DNA of 62,082 nt from IMG/VR virus record IMGVR_UViG_3300006893_000280, positions 1 to 62,082 of that record; one strand, given 5' to 3'. Made by a program: the position numbers and the translations under genes. Origin of the DNA: a virus. Taxonomy: Duplodnaviria; Caudoviricetes. Under the pieces are notes generated by a model, which worked only from the letters and a program-made list of their open reading frames with translations, did not search any database and had not been told where the DNA came from. Shown here in pieces: positions 38,400 to 47,669 of the stretch. How positions within the stretch are numbered: the first letter of the stretch is position 1; every line of letters begins with the position of its first letter.

Positions 38400-39137
38400 T
38401 CAGGATGCGAGGGAGCACGGCCGTAGCCGAAGGTTCTGCGCACGGTGCAGTTCCAGGACGTCGCCCAACTGGAAGACGATACCGCTGTCTTCGTCGCGTC
38501 CGGCGAGTCGTCCACGCTCGTACCACTTGCGGATCGTTGCGGCCTTGAGCGGAGTGCCGTTGAAATGCGGCAGCAGCCGTGCTAACTCGGCCGCCGTGCC
38601 GGAAACCTCTTGCGCTTCCTGCCACATCCAGGCGCGATACTCGGCCGCCTCGTGACCGCGACCGCACCCGCGGCACGCCACCGTCCGCAGGTGCCCAGGC
38701 GCGGACACAGGGGCGCCACAGTCGAAGCAGTAGCCCGAGAAACGTAGGCCGGCGGGAACATCCACGACGCCCCAGGCCTTCGTGATCTCGCGCAGGATCG
38801 ATCGCATCCAGAATGCGTTACCAGACCCGCGGTTGTGCGGTAGTTGCTCGAGGATGACGAGGGCGGCCTGGCTCGGCGGGAGTGCGCGAGGCGCGTACGG
38901 GACGGGCGCGGCGGCGTATCGGAGCGTGCGCAGCAGGGTACGGCGCTGCTCGCTGGCGCGGTCGTTGAGGATCAGCGGCCGGTCGTGGCCGCTGCCGGGC
39001 GAGCCTTCTCCGCGCGGGCGCGTGACGTCGGTCTTGGTGATCGTCACGTCGAGCTGCGCGAACAGCTCGGGGATGCGTCGCAGATCTCGCACGAAGGTGG
39101 CGCGCAACGCTTCAGGTACGACGGACAGCGGAATCAC
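38400..39137 (-). CDS. Zn-ribbon + HTH DNA-binding protein (possible late-gene regulator)
   Basis: CFDC..CRGC, TIRKWYERGRL..F.LGDV; typical position before packaging module. Confidence 0.65.
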   Translation of the reverse strand: MIPLSVVPEALRATFVRDLRRIPELFAQLDVTITKTDVTRPRGEGSPGSGHDRPLILNDRASEQRRTLLRTLRYAAAPVPYAPRALPPSQAALVILEQLPHNRGSGNAFWMRSILREITKAWGVVDVPAGLRFSGYCFDCGAPVSAPGHLRTVACRGCGRGHEAAEYRAWMWQEAQEVSGTAAELARLLPHFNGTPLKAATIRKWYERGRLAGRDEDSGIVFQLGDVLELHRAQNLRLRPCSLAS

Positions 39138-39140
39138 CTC

Positions 39141-39593
39141 TCAGAACAGTTGGTCGGCTGGGGCGTTGGGGTGGATGAACCGGACGGGGGCGAGAGCGTC
39201 GAGATAGGTGGCGCGGCGCGGCGCGTTCACCTTCCCGCCGGGCCAGCGGTCGACTTGTCCGACCAGGTAGCCCTTCTTGATGGCGTAGAAGCCGCCGCGC
39301 TGGGTCTGCGGGTCGGGACGGTGCCCGGCGCGGATCCACGCCGTGTACTCCTCCCACAGATCTGGCTGCCGGAAACGCATATGCAGGATGAGGTGACAGG
39401 TGATGCACAGTGGCACATACGTTTCCGGCCGTGAGTAGTCTTCCAGGTGGCCGTGGATAGCGCCACCGGCCTGGTCGCATACGACGCATTCCGACGGCGG
39501 TTCCCAGAGGCCGGATGCCCACATCTCGTTGAGTTCGTCTTGGACGCGTTGCCGGTAGTCACCAGAGAACCCGTTGTAGGTGGACATTCCCAT
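39141..39593 (-). CDS. HNH-like Zn-finger protein
   Basis: CVVC...HGHLEDYSRP...LCITCHLILH. Confidence 0.55.
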   Translation of the reverse strand: MGMSTYNGFSGDYRQRVQDELNEMWASGLWEPPSECVVCDQAGGAIHGHLEDYSRPETYVPLCITCHLILHMRFRQPDLWEEYTAWIRAGHRPDPQTQRGGFYAIKKGYLVGQVDRWPGGKVNAPRRATYLDALAPVRFIHPNAPADQLF

Positions 39594-39600
39594 GGTTGCG

Positions 39601-40170
39601 CTACTCCTTCGCGGTCAGGTAGACGCGATGCTTGCCATCGAAAGTTACTGCTTTCCAGCATCTTTCGAGATTGGCCACCTCGTCGATAACTGACCGTAGC
39701 CTGTGTTTCGCGTCCTGGCGAGGTGCGCGCCCTTCCACAAACAGATGTCGCACACCAGCTTTCGTGAGCGTTTCGCCCAGCATTGCGGGCTTCACTCCGG
39801 CGTCGTCCAGCTCTGGCAACACCCTGCGGGCCGCGACGATGGTCACGCCCGACGCCCGTAGGAACTCGCCGAACTCCGGCATCTGGCTGGGCGTGAGCAT
39901 CCAGTGCCGAACCGGCACGCTCGGCCCATAGGTACCCGCCGTTCGCCCGGCGTCGATAGAGTTGGCGTCGGCCTCGACGGCGTGCACAACAAACCTGGCC
40001 TTGTGGAGCCGTCGCGCCAGCAGGCCGGTCGACGAACCGAGATCCAGCACCGCGCCATCCGACGGCGACACCTCCGAGCGGACCAGGTTGTAGATGTCGT
40101 CATGGATGCGCGGGAACCGGCCGGACCGCTGCCAGTCGTACAGGTGCTCGGCGGAGTCGAAGCGGCTCAC
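39601..40170 (-). CDS. Class I SAM-dependent methyltransferase
   Basis: VLDLGSSTGLLA motif I, VHAVEAD motif II; GTG start overlapping upstream stop. Confidence 0.75.
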   Translation of the reverse strand: MSRFDSAEHLYDWQRSGRFPRIHDDIYNLVRSEVSPSDGAVLDLGSSTGLLARRLHKARFVVHAVEADANSIDAGRTAGTYGPSVPVRHWMLTPSQMPEFGEFLRASGVTIVAARRVLPELDDAGVKPAMLGETLTKAGVRHLFVEGRAPRQDAKHRLRSVIDEVANLERCWKAVTFDGKHRVYLTAKE

Positions 40171-40721
40171 GCGGTGGCGTCCTTCGGGTACCAGGCGGGT
40201 GAGTACGCCCACTCGCTGATCTTGCGGGCGGAGAACACGCCGTCCTGGGCGAGTAGGTCGACTTCGGCGCGGGTGCCGCCGATTTCGGCCGCGATCTGGC
40301 CCGGGTCGAGGTGGTGGACATTCAGCAGCTCGCGCACGATGGCCGACATCTCCACGGCCGCGTGACTTCCCTTGGCGCGGTTGATGCGGATCGTCATCAG
40401 CATGGCCGTCGGCTTGTCCACGTCGAGTACCGCGACCGGCACGCGGCCCTTCCAGCGCTGCCGCACGGCCTTGGAGTCCTGCGACAGCCGCCAGCGGTGA
40501 AAGCCGTCGATGATGATGCGGTCCGGGTTCACCATGAGCGGCTGAATCCAGCCGGTCTGCAGTAGCGACCGCTCCAACAGGCGGAGTTCCGGCTTGTGAA
40601 CTCTGTTGGGGTTCCACACGTTCGGATCGAGGGTGTCTGCCGGGATCCACTGGATGTGGTCGATCGGGTTCGCGCCCACCGGAGTCGGCGCCAGGCGCGA
40701 AAGACCTTCGATGTTGCTCAC
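40167..40721 (-). CDS. ParB/Srx-like protein (IbrB-like)
   Basis: PNVWNPNRVHKPELRLLERS..QTGWIQP...IIDGFHRW...TIRINRAKGSH. Confidence 0.85.
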   Translation of the reverse strand: MSNIEGLSRLAPTPVGANPIDHIQWIPADTLDPNVWNPNRVHKPELRLLERSLLQTGWIQPLMVNPDRIIIDGFHRWRLSQDSKAVRQRWKGRVPVAVLDVDKPTAMLMTIRINRAKGSHAAVEMSAIVRELLNVHHLDPGQIAAEIGGTRAEVDLLAQDGVFSARKISEWAYSPAWYPKDATA

Positions 40722-41797
40722 TTCGCGGCTCGTTTCTTCTGATCAGCCTTGGTCAGCGGGGTGATAGTGCGTTTGTAGGCACCGGCCATGAACTGCTTGA
40801 GGACGTGGTCGGGCGGGTAGGCGGCCGGGTTGCGGGCGGCAGTGATACGCATCCGCTGCAGCACGGTGAGCGCCTTCTTCTGCTGCGCCTCGTCGGTGAT
40901 CGTCTCCTGGACGTACGCCTGCACACCGTCGAGAGACTGCCCGTACCGCTGCATGAGCGCCTCTCGGTCCAGTTCGGCGTAATAACGTTCCTGCACAGCC
41001 ATTTCCGGGACGAGCGAGATCACCTGCTCGTAGAAAGTCGGCGCATAGGCCCGCAGCCGACCAAACGTCTTCGCCGACTCCGCGTGCAGCGGCGTCGAAA
41101 CCCGCAGCGGTGTACCGGAAAGCACCTGCGAGTCGTAGATCGGGCAGTACCGGATGCCCTTCTCGTAGAAGTACCGGAAGATGTCGTTCTCTTGCCAGTC
41201 GAACAACGGCTTCACGGTCATGATGCGCGGGTCTTTGCTGGCGTTGATGTAGTTGTCGTGCAGCTTCGCCTTGAGCGCGTTGAATCGCATGATGGACTCT
41301 GCGGCTCGCACCCCGGTCACGATGGCGATCTTGCCCTTTTCGCCGCGCGAGACGACGGTGTCGGCGGTGTACTGGTCGAGCACGAGTCCGCGCGGCAGGC
41401 CGAGCTTTTCGGGTGTGAGTGCCCACTCCGGCACGGGCCGCATGTGCTCGCGGTCGGGGTCCCACTGGATGTAGCGGGTGGACTGGCCCAGGATGTACTT
41501 CGTCGACTCCAACGGCACGCAGTACCAGCGCAAGTCGATCCAATCCAGCTGCCGATACTTGTTGACGAAGTCGACGACCTGATCGGGGATCAGTTCCTCG
41601 TCGCGGAACACGACCTTGAGGGGCCGGGTGTCGCCACGCTCTAACGAGACCTCACGGACCAGGTGCAGGGCGGCGAGGGAGTCCTTGCCGCCGGAGAACG
41701 CGACCATGACCGTGTCGAACAGGTCGTAGACGCGGTGCATCCGCTTCTTGGCCTCCTCGTACACGTTGGTGTCGATGAAGCCCTTCACGCGGGCCAT
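40718..41797 (-). CDS. PAPS-reductase-family PP-loop protein (IbrA-like)
   Basis: NVYEEAKKR, VAFSGGKDS, VFRDEE, TGVRAAES..R, PLFDW...DIF. Confidence 0.88.
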   Translation of the reverse strand: MARVKGFIDTNVYEEAKKRMHRVYDLFDTVMVAFSGGKDSLAALHLVREVSLERGDTRPLKVVFRDEELIPDQVVDFVNKYRQLDWIDLRWYCVPLESTKYILGQSTRYIQWDPDREHMRPVPEWALTPEKLGLPRGLVLDQYTADTVVSRGEKGKIAIVTGVRAAESIMRFNALKAKLHDNYINASKDPRIMTVKPLFDWQENDIFRYFYEKGIRYCPIYDSQVLSGTPLRVSTPLHAESAKTFGRLRAYAPTFYEQVISLVPEMAVQERYYAELDREALMQRYGQSLDGVQAYVQETITDEAQQKKALTVLQRMRITAARNPAAYPPDHVLKQFMAGAYKRTITPLTKADQKKRAAK

Positions 41798-42372
41798 CAG
41801 GCGCGGTCCCCTTCGGTGGCCTCCAGGTACTCGGTCAGTCGCTCGGCGACGGTGCCCTTGTCGCTGTAGGTGCGTTTGAGCCACTTCGTGAACTCGAACC
41901 ACACGTCTTGCTGGTGCTCATCGTCGAAGATCAGGTTGTAGGAGATGACCGGATCGCCCAGGCCGGGCTTGTCGTCCGGCAGCTCCGGTTCGCCGGGCTG
42001 AATCTGGTCCAGCAGCGCGTCCAACTCGGCGTCGGTGTAGCCGGTGCCGTCGAGGTCTGCGACCTCCTGCAGCAGGTCGGTCAACGCGTTGATGTCGTAG
42101 TGGCCCTTGTCGGCGAGCCGGTTGTCCGCGATCACGATTCGCTTCGCGCGGTCATCGTCCACATCGACCCAGTGGACGTCGATCTTGTCCCATCCGAGCG
42201 AGATGGCGGCCTGCATGGTGTGGTTGCCCGCAAGTACGTAGCCGGTCGACTTCTGCACGACGATCGGCCGAAACTGCTGGTTGGCCTTCAAGCTCTGTGC
42301 GATGGCCTCGACGTCGCCGCGACGCGGGTTGCCGGGGAACGGGGTCAGCTTGGCGATGGCGACGAGGGTCAT
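41797..42372 (-). CDS. ParB N-terminal domain protein
   Basis: LTPFPGNPRRGD..AIAQSL...FRPIVV...VLAGNHT...IADNR. Confidence 0.85.
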   Translation of the reverse strand: MTLVAIAKLTPFPGNPRRGDVEAIAQSLKANQQFRPIVVQKSTGYVLAGNHTMQAAISLGWDKIDVHWVDVDDDRAKRIVIADNRLADKGHYDINALTDLLQEVADLDGTGYTDAELDALLDQIQPGEPELPDDKPGLGDPVISYNLIFDDEHQQDVWFEFTKWLKRTYSDKGTVAERLTEYLEATEGDRA

Positions 42373-42941
42373 TCGGAGATCCGTTCGGCCAGAGCGGCGT
42401 AACCGCAGATGTCGGTGTAATCGTCTCGGTGGTAGACGTGCTTGGAGCGCGAGACCTTCAGCAGCACCATGAGGTTGGTGACGTCGCGGGTGCAGATGGG
42501 GTGGCCGAGGTATGCGGACCACAGGCCGGCGATCCGCTCGAACGATTCGGCGGGGTTTCCGTAGGTGTCTATGCGGTCGCCGTCGATGATGGCGGCGGCC
42601 TCGTGCAGGACGGTCGGCGCGGGCGGGGCTGGGGCCGGGGCCGGGGTGGCGAACTTGGCGCGGGCCGCCCAATCTGAGGCGAATTCGTCCAACTCCTCGA
42701 AGTCGTCGTGTTCAGGCTCGTCGACAGCGGCGCCAGGAATCGGGCCGTCGGTGGTGAATTCGACCGGCTGGTCGTTGGCGGCGGCGATGCGCTCGGCCTC
42801 GGTCGGCATGAGCGGGTTCGCACCAGTGGCGACGGAGCTGGTGTCGATCGGCAACGCCTCACCGTCGGGGAAGCGGGTGAGCGCCTCCTCCAGCTTGGCG
42901 CGCAGCATCTCCTTGGTCACTCCGACCATCTGCGGGGGCAC
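42369..42941 (-). CDS. DUF6378-like protein
   Basis: EAAAIIDGDR..YG.P..SFERIA.LWS.YL...V..LM.LLKVSR...D.Y.DI.GYAAL. Confidence 0.75.
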   Translation of the reverse strand: MPPQMVGVTKEMLRAKLEEALTRFPDGEALPIDTSSVATGANPLMPTEAERIAAANDQPVEFTTDGPIPGAAVDEPEHDDFEELDEFASDWAARAKFATPAPAPAPPAPTVLHEAAAIIDGDRIDTYGNPAESFERIAGLWSAYLGHPICTRDVTNLMVLLKVSRSKHVYHRDDYTDICGYAALAERISE

Positions 42942-42967
42942 GGCGGATCTCCTTCAGGTTCAGGGGG

Positions 42968-43129
42968 TTACGGGCAGTGGTCGCCGTCGTCGGCGTCTTC
43001 CTCGTCGTAGGGCGGTTCGCGCCAGGCGTCGGACCTCGCGGCGGCGGCGATATCGGCAGGGTCGAATCCGCAGTGCACTTCCACGTGCAGGGCGATGCCG
43101 AACGGCAGGTGCAGGGCGAGGCGGATCAT
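42968..43129 (-). CDS. Small hypothetical protein
   Basis: 53-aa ORF translationally coupled to upstream gene. Confidence 0.4.
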   Translation of the reverse strand: MIRLALHLPFGIALHVEVHCGFDPADIAAAARSDAWREPPYDEEDADDGDHCP

Positions 43130-43593
43130 GAAACATCCGCCAGTTCGGCCGGGTAGCGCCAGGTCAGTTCGAGCCACAGTGCGCCGGGCTCGCCCTGCGC
43201 GGCTTCGTGGATGATCGGCTCTGGCTTGGCCATCCAGCGCGGCGAATCGTCTTGCACCATGCCGTAACCGATCTGGGCGGGCACGGGCCGTTTGGTGTGG
43301 CGGGAGACGCTGGCCGGTTTGCCGACGGTGAGTGCGTCGCACACGGGTTTGAGTGTGGCCCACAGGTTGTCGGTGTCGCGGACCCTGCTGTCTCGGGGCC
43401 GGTAGTGCAACTGCACGGTGACGTGGTCGACGTCCTTCGGTAGCCACGCCAGCATGGCGAGGCGACAGGTGTCTTTGCGGATCTGTTTGCGGGCGCGGGC
43501 TTTTGCGAACGTTGCTCCGCGGGATGCGCCGGAGTCGTTCATTGACAGCGGTGGTCGGGTGTACGGCAGCGGCAGGATGGCGGTGTTGTTCAT
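43126..43593 (-). CDS. RusA-like Holliday junction resolvase
   Basis: PPLSMN, RDTDNL...KPVCDAL...G.VQDDS. Confidence 0.75.
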   Translation of the reverse strand: MNNTAILPLPYTRPPLSMNDSGASRGATFAKARARKQIRKDTCRLAMLAWLPKDVDHVTVQLHYRPRDSRVRDTDNLWATLKPVCDALTVGKPASVSRHTKRPVPAQIGYGMVQDDSPRWMAKPEPIIHEAAQGEPGALWLELTWRYPAELADVS

Positions 43594-43639
43594 CGGGTGG
43601 TTCCTCGCGGGCGTCGATGGCGGTCGACAGTGGGGCGGG

Positions 43640-43840
43640 TCAGATTTCGACGGTCACTTCGGTGTCCGACGCCAGGGTGAGCGGGCGTTCCCCGGAGTAG
43701 CCGGTCGTGACGTAGGCGACGAGGTGGCTCGATCTGCGGTCGAGGCCGGCGATTCTCACGCGGTGGGTGCGGCCTCGGTCGCGGTAGATGAGGGCCTTGC
43801 CGACGTCATACCTGTTGAACTGGCCGAACAGTTTGTTCAT
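43640..43840 (-). CDS. Small hypothetical protein
   Basis: 66-aa ORF coupled to WhiB-like gene (ATGA overlap). Confidence 0.5.
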   Translation of the reverse strand: MNKLFGQFNRYDVGKALIYRDRGRTHRVRIAGLDRRSSHLVAYVTTGYSGERPLTLASDTEVTVEI

Positions 43841-44442
43841 GCTGCCTTCCCAGTAGTGCGGCGGTGCTTGGATTGGCAGCCCAGGCATCGGCCGTCGGAG
43901 TGGTAGCGGGCGTGGCCTTCTGGGACCGGGTCGCTTCGGCCGACGAGGGGCCGGGCGCAGTCGGTGCAGTGGGAGGGGCGCAGCTGGTAGACCTTGGCGA
44001 GCTGTCCGGATCGGCCGGTGGCGGCGTAGCAGCCCTTGCACAAGCCTCGGGCGGCGAGCCGGGCTTCGTTGACGCCCAATGGTTGTCCGGCGGGGATGAG
44101 GCGGCGTTCGCATCCGGGGCAGACGGGGATGCGGTCTTCGGGGCGGCCGTACCGATTGATCACTTCGCGCAGTGCGAGGGCGGTGTTGTTGTCGCCTCGG
44201 CAGACGATCCCGGCGGCGATGACGCCATCTGCGGGGAGGGTGATATCGGGCTCGGTGGCAAGCTGCCCAGCTCCGAGTGCGGCACGGGCGCAGTCGACAA
44301 ACCTTCTGATGGGGCAGGATGTTTCGCAGACGGCGACGGCCTCGATGGTCTCGGGATAGAGATGCCAGTCGGGGTTGTCGCCGGGCTGAAGGAATCGGGG
44401 GTCGAGATGGCACGATGCCTGTTCTGTCCGCGTGCCCTCCAT
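43837..44442 (-). CDS. Divergent WhiB-like protein with C-terminal Zn-ribbons
   Basis: C-x27-C-x3-CP-x6-C...GVIAAG; then CPGC, CKGC, CTDC, CLGC. Confidence 0.6.
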   Translation of the reverse strand: MEGTRTEQASCHLDPRFLQPGDNPDWHLYPETIEAVAVCETSCPIRRFVDCARAALGAGQLATEPDITLPADGVIAAGIVCRGDNNTALALREVINRYGRPEDRIPVCPGCERRLIPAGQPLGVNEARLAARGLCKGCYAATGRSGQLAKVYQLRPSHCTDCARPLVGRSDPVPEGHARYHSDGRCLGCQSKHRRTTGKAA

Positions 44443-44460
44443 GCCCCGATCCTTGACCAC

Positions 44461-44477
44461 TGCGCACTCGCTGCGCA
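44461..44477. promoter_or_regulatory. Operator TGCGCA-N5-TGCGCA upstream of WhiB-like gene
   Basis: TGCGCACTCGCTGCGCA, same architecture as 58325-58341. Confidence 0.6.
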
Positions 44478-44835
44478 AGGCCGTTGCGCGTCGAAGCATG
44501 TCGCGCACACCGTGGGTCCGCGGGGTTTCTCGACGTCAGATGCGAGATTCGCTCCGGTAACGCAACATGCACAAGCAACACCTGGCTACCGGACGATCGC
44601 GCGTACAGACACTGACTGACGCGCCGGTGCTCAAGATCATTCAAGCTGGCATGATGTCGCCCAAATCAGTGCCGACGAGCACTGGGGGATTCCGTCATTC
44701 CTGACGGCAGCTCCCCGATACGGCATCACGGCGATCGGCCCAGCGCCGCGCCACCTTCGTCCCGGACTTGCAGGTCGCCTGTGCTCAGGTCAGTTGGAGC
44801 TGTAGATTGGCCGTCGACGAGCCGGGCGGAGGTAC

Positions 44836-45465
44836 ATGACTGTGGGTTGGCTGCATCACATAAACGGGTGGGCTCTTGCGCTATGGGTCTATGTTTTATG
44901 CGCGGTCGTCTCGTTCATGCCTGCGGCCAAGCGACTCGTGAGTAGTTCTGCGCTAAAAGCTGGTGGGCCGAGCTTCGATGCATCGCCGCACTTCAGCGAG
45001 GCGGCCAAACAGCAGTTGACACAGAACTACGAGCGTATCGCCGGGACATTGACGTTCTGGAAGACGAGGGCCGAGCGGTACCACGCGGTCCACACATACT
45101 CGCTCTTCTGGATGGCAGTGTCGGCAGTGGCAGTACCGACCCTTGCACAGAACATTGCTAACAACCCCTGGTCAAAGTGGCTGATTACCGTTATTTCCGG
45201 GCACGCGGCTCTACTGCTGCTGATGGTTCGCACCTTTCGAGTCGAGGCCAACTATCGAGCCTTCCGCGATGGTGAATCATCGTTCTATGACCTCTATCGG
45301 AAGATGCTCGATCGCCCCCGAGCGTTCGGCAGGACCGAGGAGGCGCAGCTACGAACCTACTTTGAGCAGGTGGAGCTGGCCCGAAAGTTCATTCGCAATG
45401 CCGAGATCGACAACTTTCCGTCCGTTGAAGATCTGAACTCCGCACTTCCCTCCAGCGAACACTGA
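44836..45465 (+). CDS. SLATT/DUF4231-like 2TM effector (moron)
   Basis: FWKTRAERYH, TM-TM hairpin, F..EANY..FR pattern, extra N-terminal TM; opposite strand; RBS GGAGG. Confidence 0.62.
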   Translation: MTVGWLHHINGWALALWVYVLCAVVSFMPAAKRLVSSSALKAGGPSFDASPHFSEAAKQQLTQNYERIAGTLTFWKTRAERYHAVHTYSLFWMAVSAVAVPTLAQNIANNPWSKWLITVISGHAALLLLMVRTFRVEANYRAFRDGESSFYDLYRKMLDRPRAFGRTEEAQLRTYFEQVELARKFIRNAEIDNFPSVEDLNSALPSSEH

Positions 45466-45500
45466 CGACGTCGCGCGGGTCCTATAGTGCCGCGATCCGG

Positions 45501-46640
45501 TCACACCAGGGACAGGTCTCTGATGTCCCCGCCGGCTGTGAGGTAGACCAACGCCCCGCGCCGGGCTTCCGTGCCGCGCATTTCCCGGTAGTAGTTCGAG
45601 CCGCCGTCGAGCGTCGAGGACTGGATACGCGCCCGGTTGTCGGTCGTCTCCAACTCCCACGTGTGGTAATGGCCGTGCACCAGAACATCAGCGGTGCCGG
45701 GGTTCTGGCCGTGGAATGCTTGGGCGGCCCACCAATCCATGGCCTTGCCCTTACGCCATTGGTGGCCGTGGACGATCGTGAAGACGGTGTCTCCGGCCGC
45801 GACGGTCATGTAGCCGCGCTCCGGGTTAGGGGTGCGAATCTCGATGTGCCCGAACGCATCCGGATTCCGTACTAGGCCCTTGCGCACGCTGTTGGCGGCG
45901 TGGGTGGCCCATCCGTCGCCGGGGCGTGTGGTCTGGAAGCGTTGCGCCTCATCGTGGTTGCCGTTCACTACGTCGACGAGCACCTGTTCGGTGTCGTCGG
46001 AGAATGCCTCGATCGTGGTGTACAGCAGTTGCTCGAACACGGCGATCTGATCGGTGAGTGTGAGATCGGTGCGCCACCAGTTGCGGCCGTTCTGGCTCTG
46101 GTTCCCTTCGACGCAGTCGCCGGGGAACATCAGGTGCACGGGGCCGACAGCGCGAAGGCTGCGCAGCTGCCGGTACTTCTCGACCGCACGGTCCAGTGAT
46201 CCGAGATAGCGGTTGATAATGCCGTCTGTGCCGCCGTTGTCCGACTTGCCGATCTGCAAATCGCTGGCCTGGAAGTTGAAGACGGCTGGGCCACCATCGA
46301 CGGCAGGCCGGCGGGGTGCAGGATGGTCGATGATCTGAGCAATCAGCTGATCCGCGGTGACTTCGCCCGGCCGCTCGGTCAGGACGTAGAAGCGATCAGC
46401 CTGGAGCCATTCGCCCGCGAAGTTCTGCCAGCGCGAGATCCGTACGGGCCGATCGGGATCGAGTCGCACACCTTGTCCGGCCAGGCCGTGCTTCTCCAGG
46501 AGTTCATCGAACGCGACCGTATCCGATGCGGGGTGCGCGTCGGAGTCGATGAAGCCGGTGCGGCCGTCGAATTCGATGCGCGGCTTGTACTGCTGTTCTT
46601 TGGCGGCGGGCTGGGCAGCGAGTTCGGCGGCGATTCCCAT
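45501..46640 (-). CDS. Calcineurin-like metallophosphoesterase
   Basis: SDLQIGK, GDCVEG, GNHDE, HGHQ, HGHYH motifs. Confidence 0.85.
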   Translation of the reverse strand: MGIAAELAAQPAAKEQQYKPRIEFDGRTGFIDSDAHPASDTVAFDELLEKHGLAGQGVRLDPDRPVRISRWQNFAGEWLQADRFYVLTERPGEVTADQLIAQIIDHPAPRRPAVDGGPAVFNFQASDLQIGKSDNGGTDGIINRYLGSLDRAVEKYRQLRSLRAVGPVHLMFPGDCVEGNQSQNGRNWWRTDLTLTDQIAVFEQLLYTTIEAFSDDTEQVLVDVVNGNHDEAQRFQTTRPGDGWATHAANSVRKGLVRNPDAFGHIEIRTPNPERGYMTVAAGDTVFTIVHGHQWRKGKAMDWWAAQAFHGQNPGTADVLVHGHYHTWELETTDNRARIQSSTLDGGSNYYREMRGTEARRGALVYLTAGGDIRDLSLV

Positions 46641-46645
46641 TCAGC

Positions 46646-46882
46646 TCAATCCTTTCGGGGGCACGGGCAGTTGCCGAGGGTGTGGGCGTAGAACATGGAG
46701 GGGCTGCCGGTGTAGCCGTGGTTTCGGGCCACGCGCAGCAGGGCGGACTTGGGGCGGCCGTCGGCTAGCCACGCATCCGCGTCGGCGCGGTCGGCGTCCG
46801 GCAGGGAGTCGAACCAGCGGCCGGAGACGCACGAACTCTTGGCGGTGTCGGCCTCGGCGGCCAGCTCGGCGAGGAGGCTCAT
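46646..46882 (-). CDS. Small conserved phage protein
   Basis: C...W...L...DR...H..G.C.C pattern, upstream of phosphoesterase. Confidence 0.6.
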   Translation of the reverse strand: MSLLAELAAEADTAKSSCVSGRWFDSLPDADRADADAWLADGRPKSALLRVARNHGYTGSPSMFYAHTLGNCPCPRKD

Positions 46883-46889
46883 GTCCGGC

Positions 46890-47291
46890 CTACTTGGGTT
46901 CGGCCAGAACGGCGAACGGACCCTGTGCGGCGAGGTCGAGGCTGTCGAGTGCGACATCCGAGCCGGTGGTGTACCACCAGCCGTCGACCTTGTGCCAGAT
47001 CGTATGGAACAGCTCGCACTTGAGCACAGTGTCGTTGCGGTGGGCGTCGAGCCAGGCGGCAGGGAACGCGGGGTTCGCGGCGATGACGGCCGGGCGATCA
47101 CCCTGTGCGGCGAGGTGGAAGCTGATGTCCGGTTCGTCGATGAACTCGATTTCCTTGGCGCAGTGGGTGAGTGCGTCGAGGGCGCGGGACAGGGCCAGCA
47201 GGCGGCCTTGACCGAACGGGCTGGGATCGGCGACCGCTTCGGCGATGGCGTCCAGGACTGACTCGATGGTGTCGGTGACGAGGTCGGACAC
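46890..47291 (-). CDS. Hypothetical protein
   Basis: GTG start after GAGGAG; preceded by CCGCCA hairpin. Confidence 0.55.
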   Translation of the reverse strand: MSDLVTDTIESVLDAIAEAVADPSPFGQGRLLALSRALDALTHCAKEIEFIDEPDISFHLAAQGDRPAVIAANPAFPAAWLDAHRNDTVLKCELFHTIWHKVDGWWYTTGSDVALDSLDLAAQGPFAVLAEPK

Positions 47292-47348
47292 GGGCAGACG
47301 TCTCCTCTGGGGTGGTTCTTTAACGGGTGCAGCCTGGCGGGACCGCAG

Positions 47349-47669
47349 TTATTCGGCGATGACGTCGTACGTTGCGGCGACGGCATCTGCCGGAGTGGGC
47401 GAGAACTCACCCGACGTTCCTCGGAGCACCCAGTCTCCGACCTTGAGCGGAAGCCACTGAGCGTGAACGGCATTCCACACTTCGGCGGTCACGTTCGCGT
47501 CGTGGTAGATGGCGGGGTACGCCTGGTCGCCTGGGTATGCGCGAGTGCATGCAGTGTTGCCGTATGCCCTACGGCCTAGCATTTCTGCGTTGATGTCGTG
47601 AAGGTTGTCCCCGGTGTACTGGACGGCCTTGATACGGACCAGTTTCGTCCGAAGAGTTACGGCGGGCAT
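47349..47669 (-). CDS. Conserved phage protein
   Basis: K.V.I.AVQYTGDN...VGDWVLRG..GEF.P pattern. Confidence 0.65.
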   Translation of the reverse strand: MPAVTLRTKLVRIKAVQYTGDNLHDINAEMLGRRAYGNTACTRAYPGDQAYPAIYHDANVTAEVWNAVHAQWLPLKVGDWVLRGTSGEFSPTPADAVAATYDVIAE

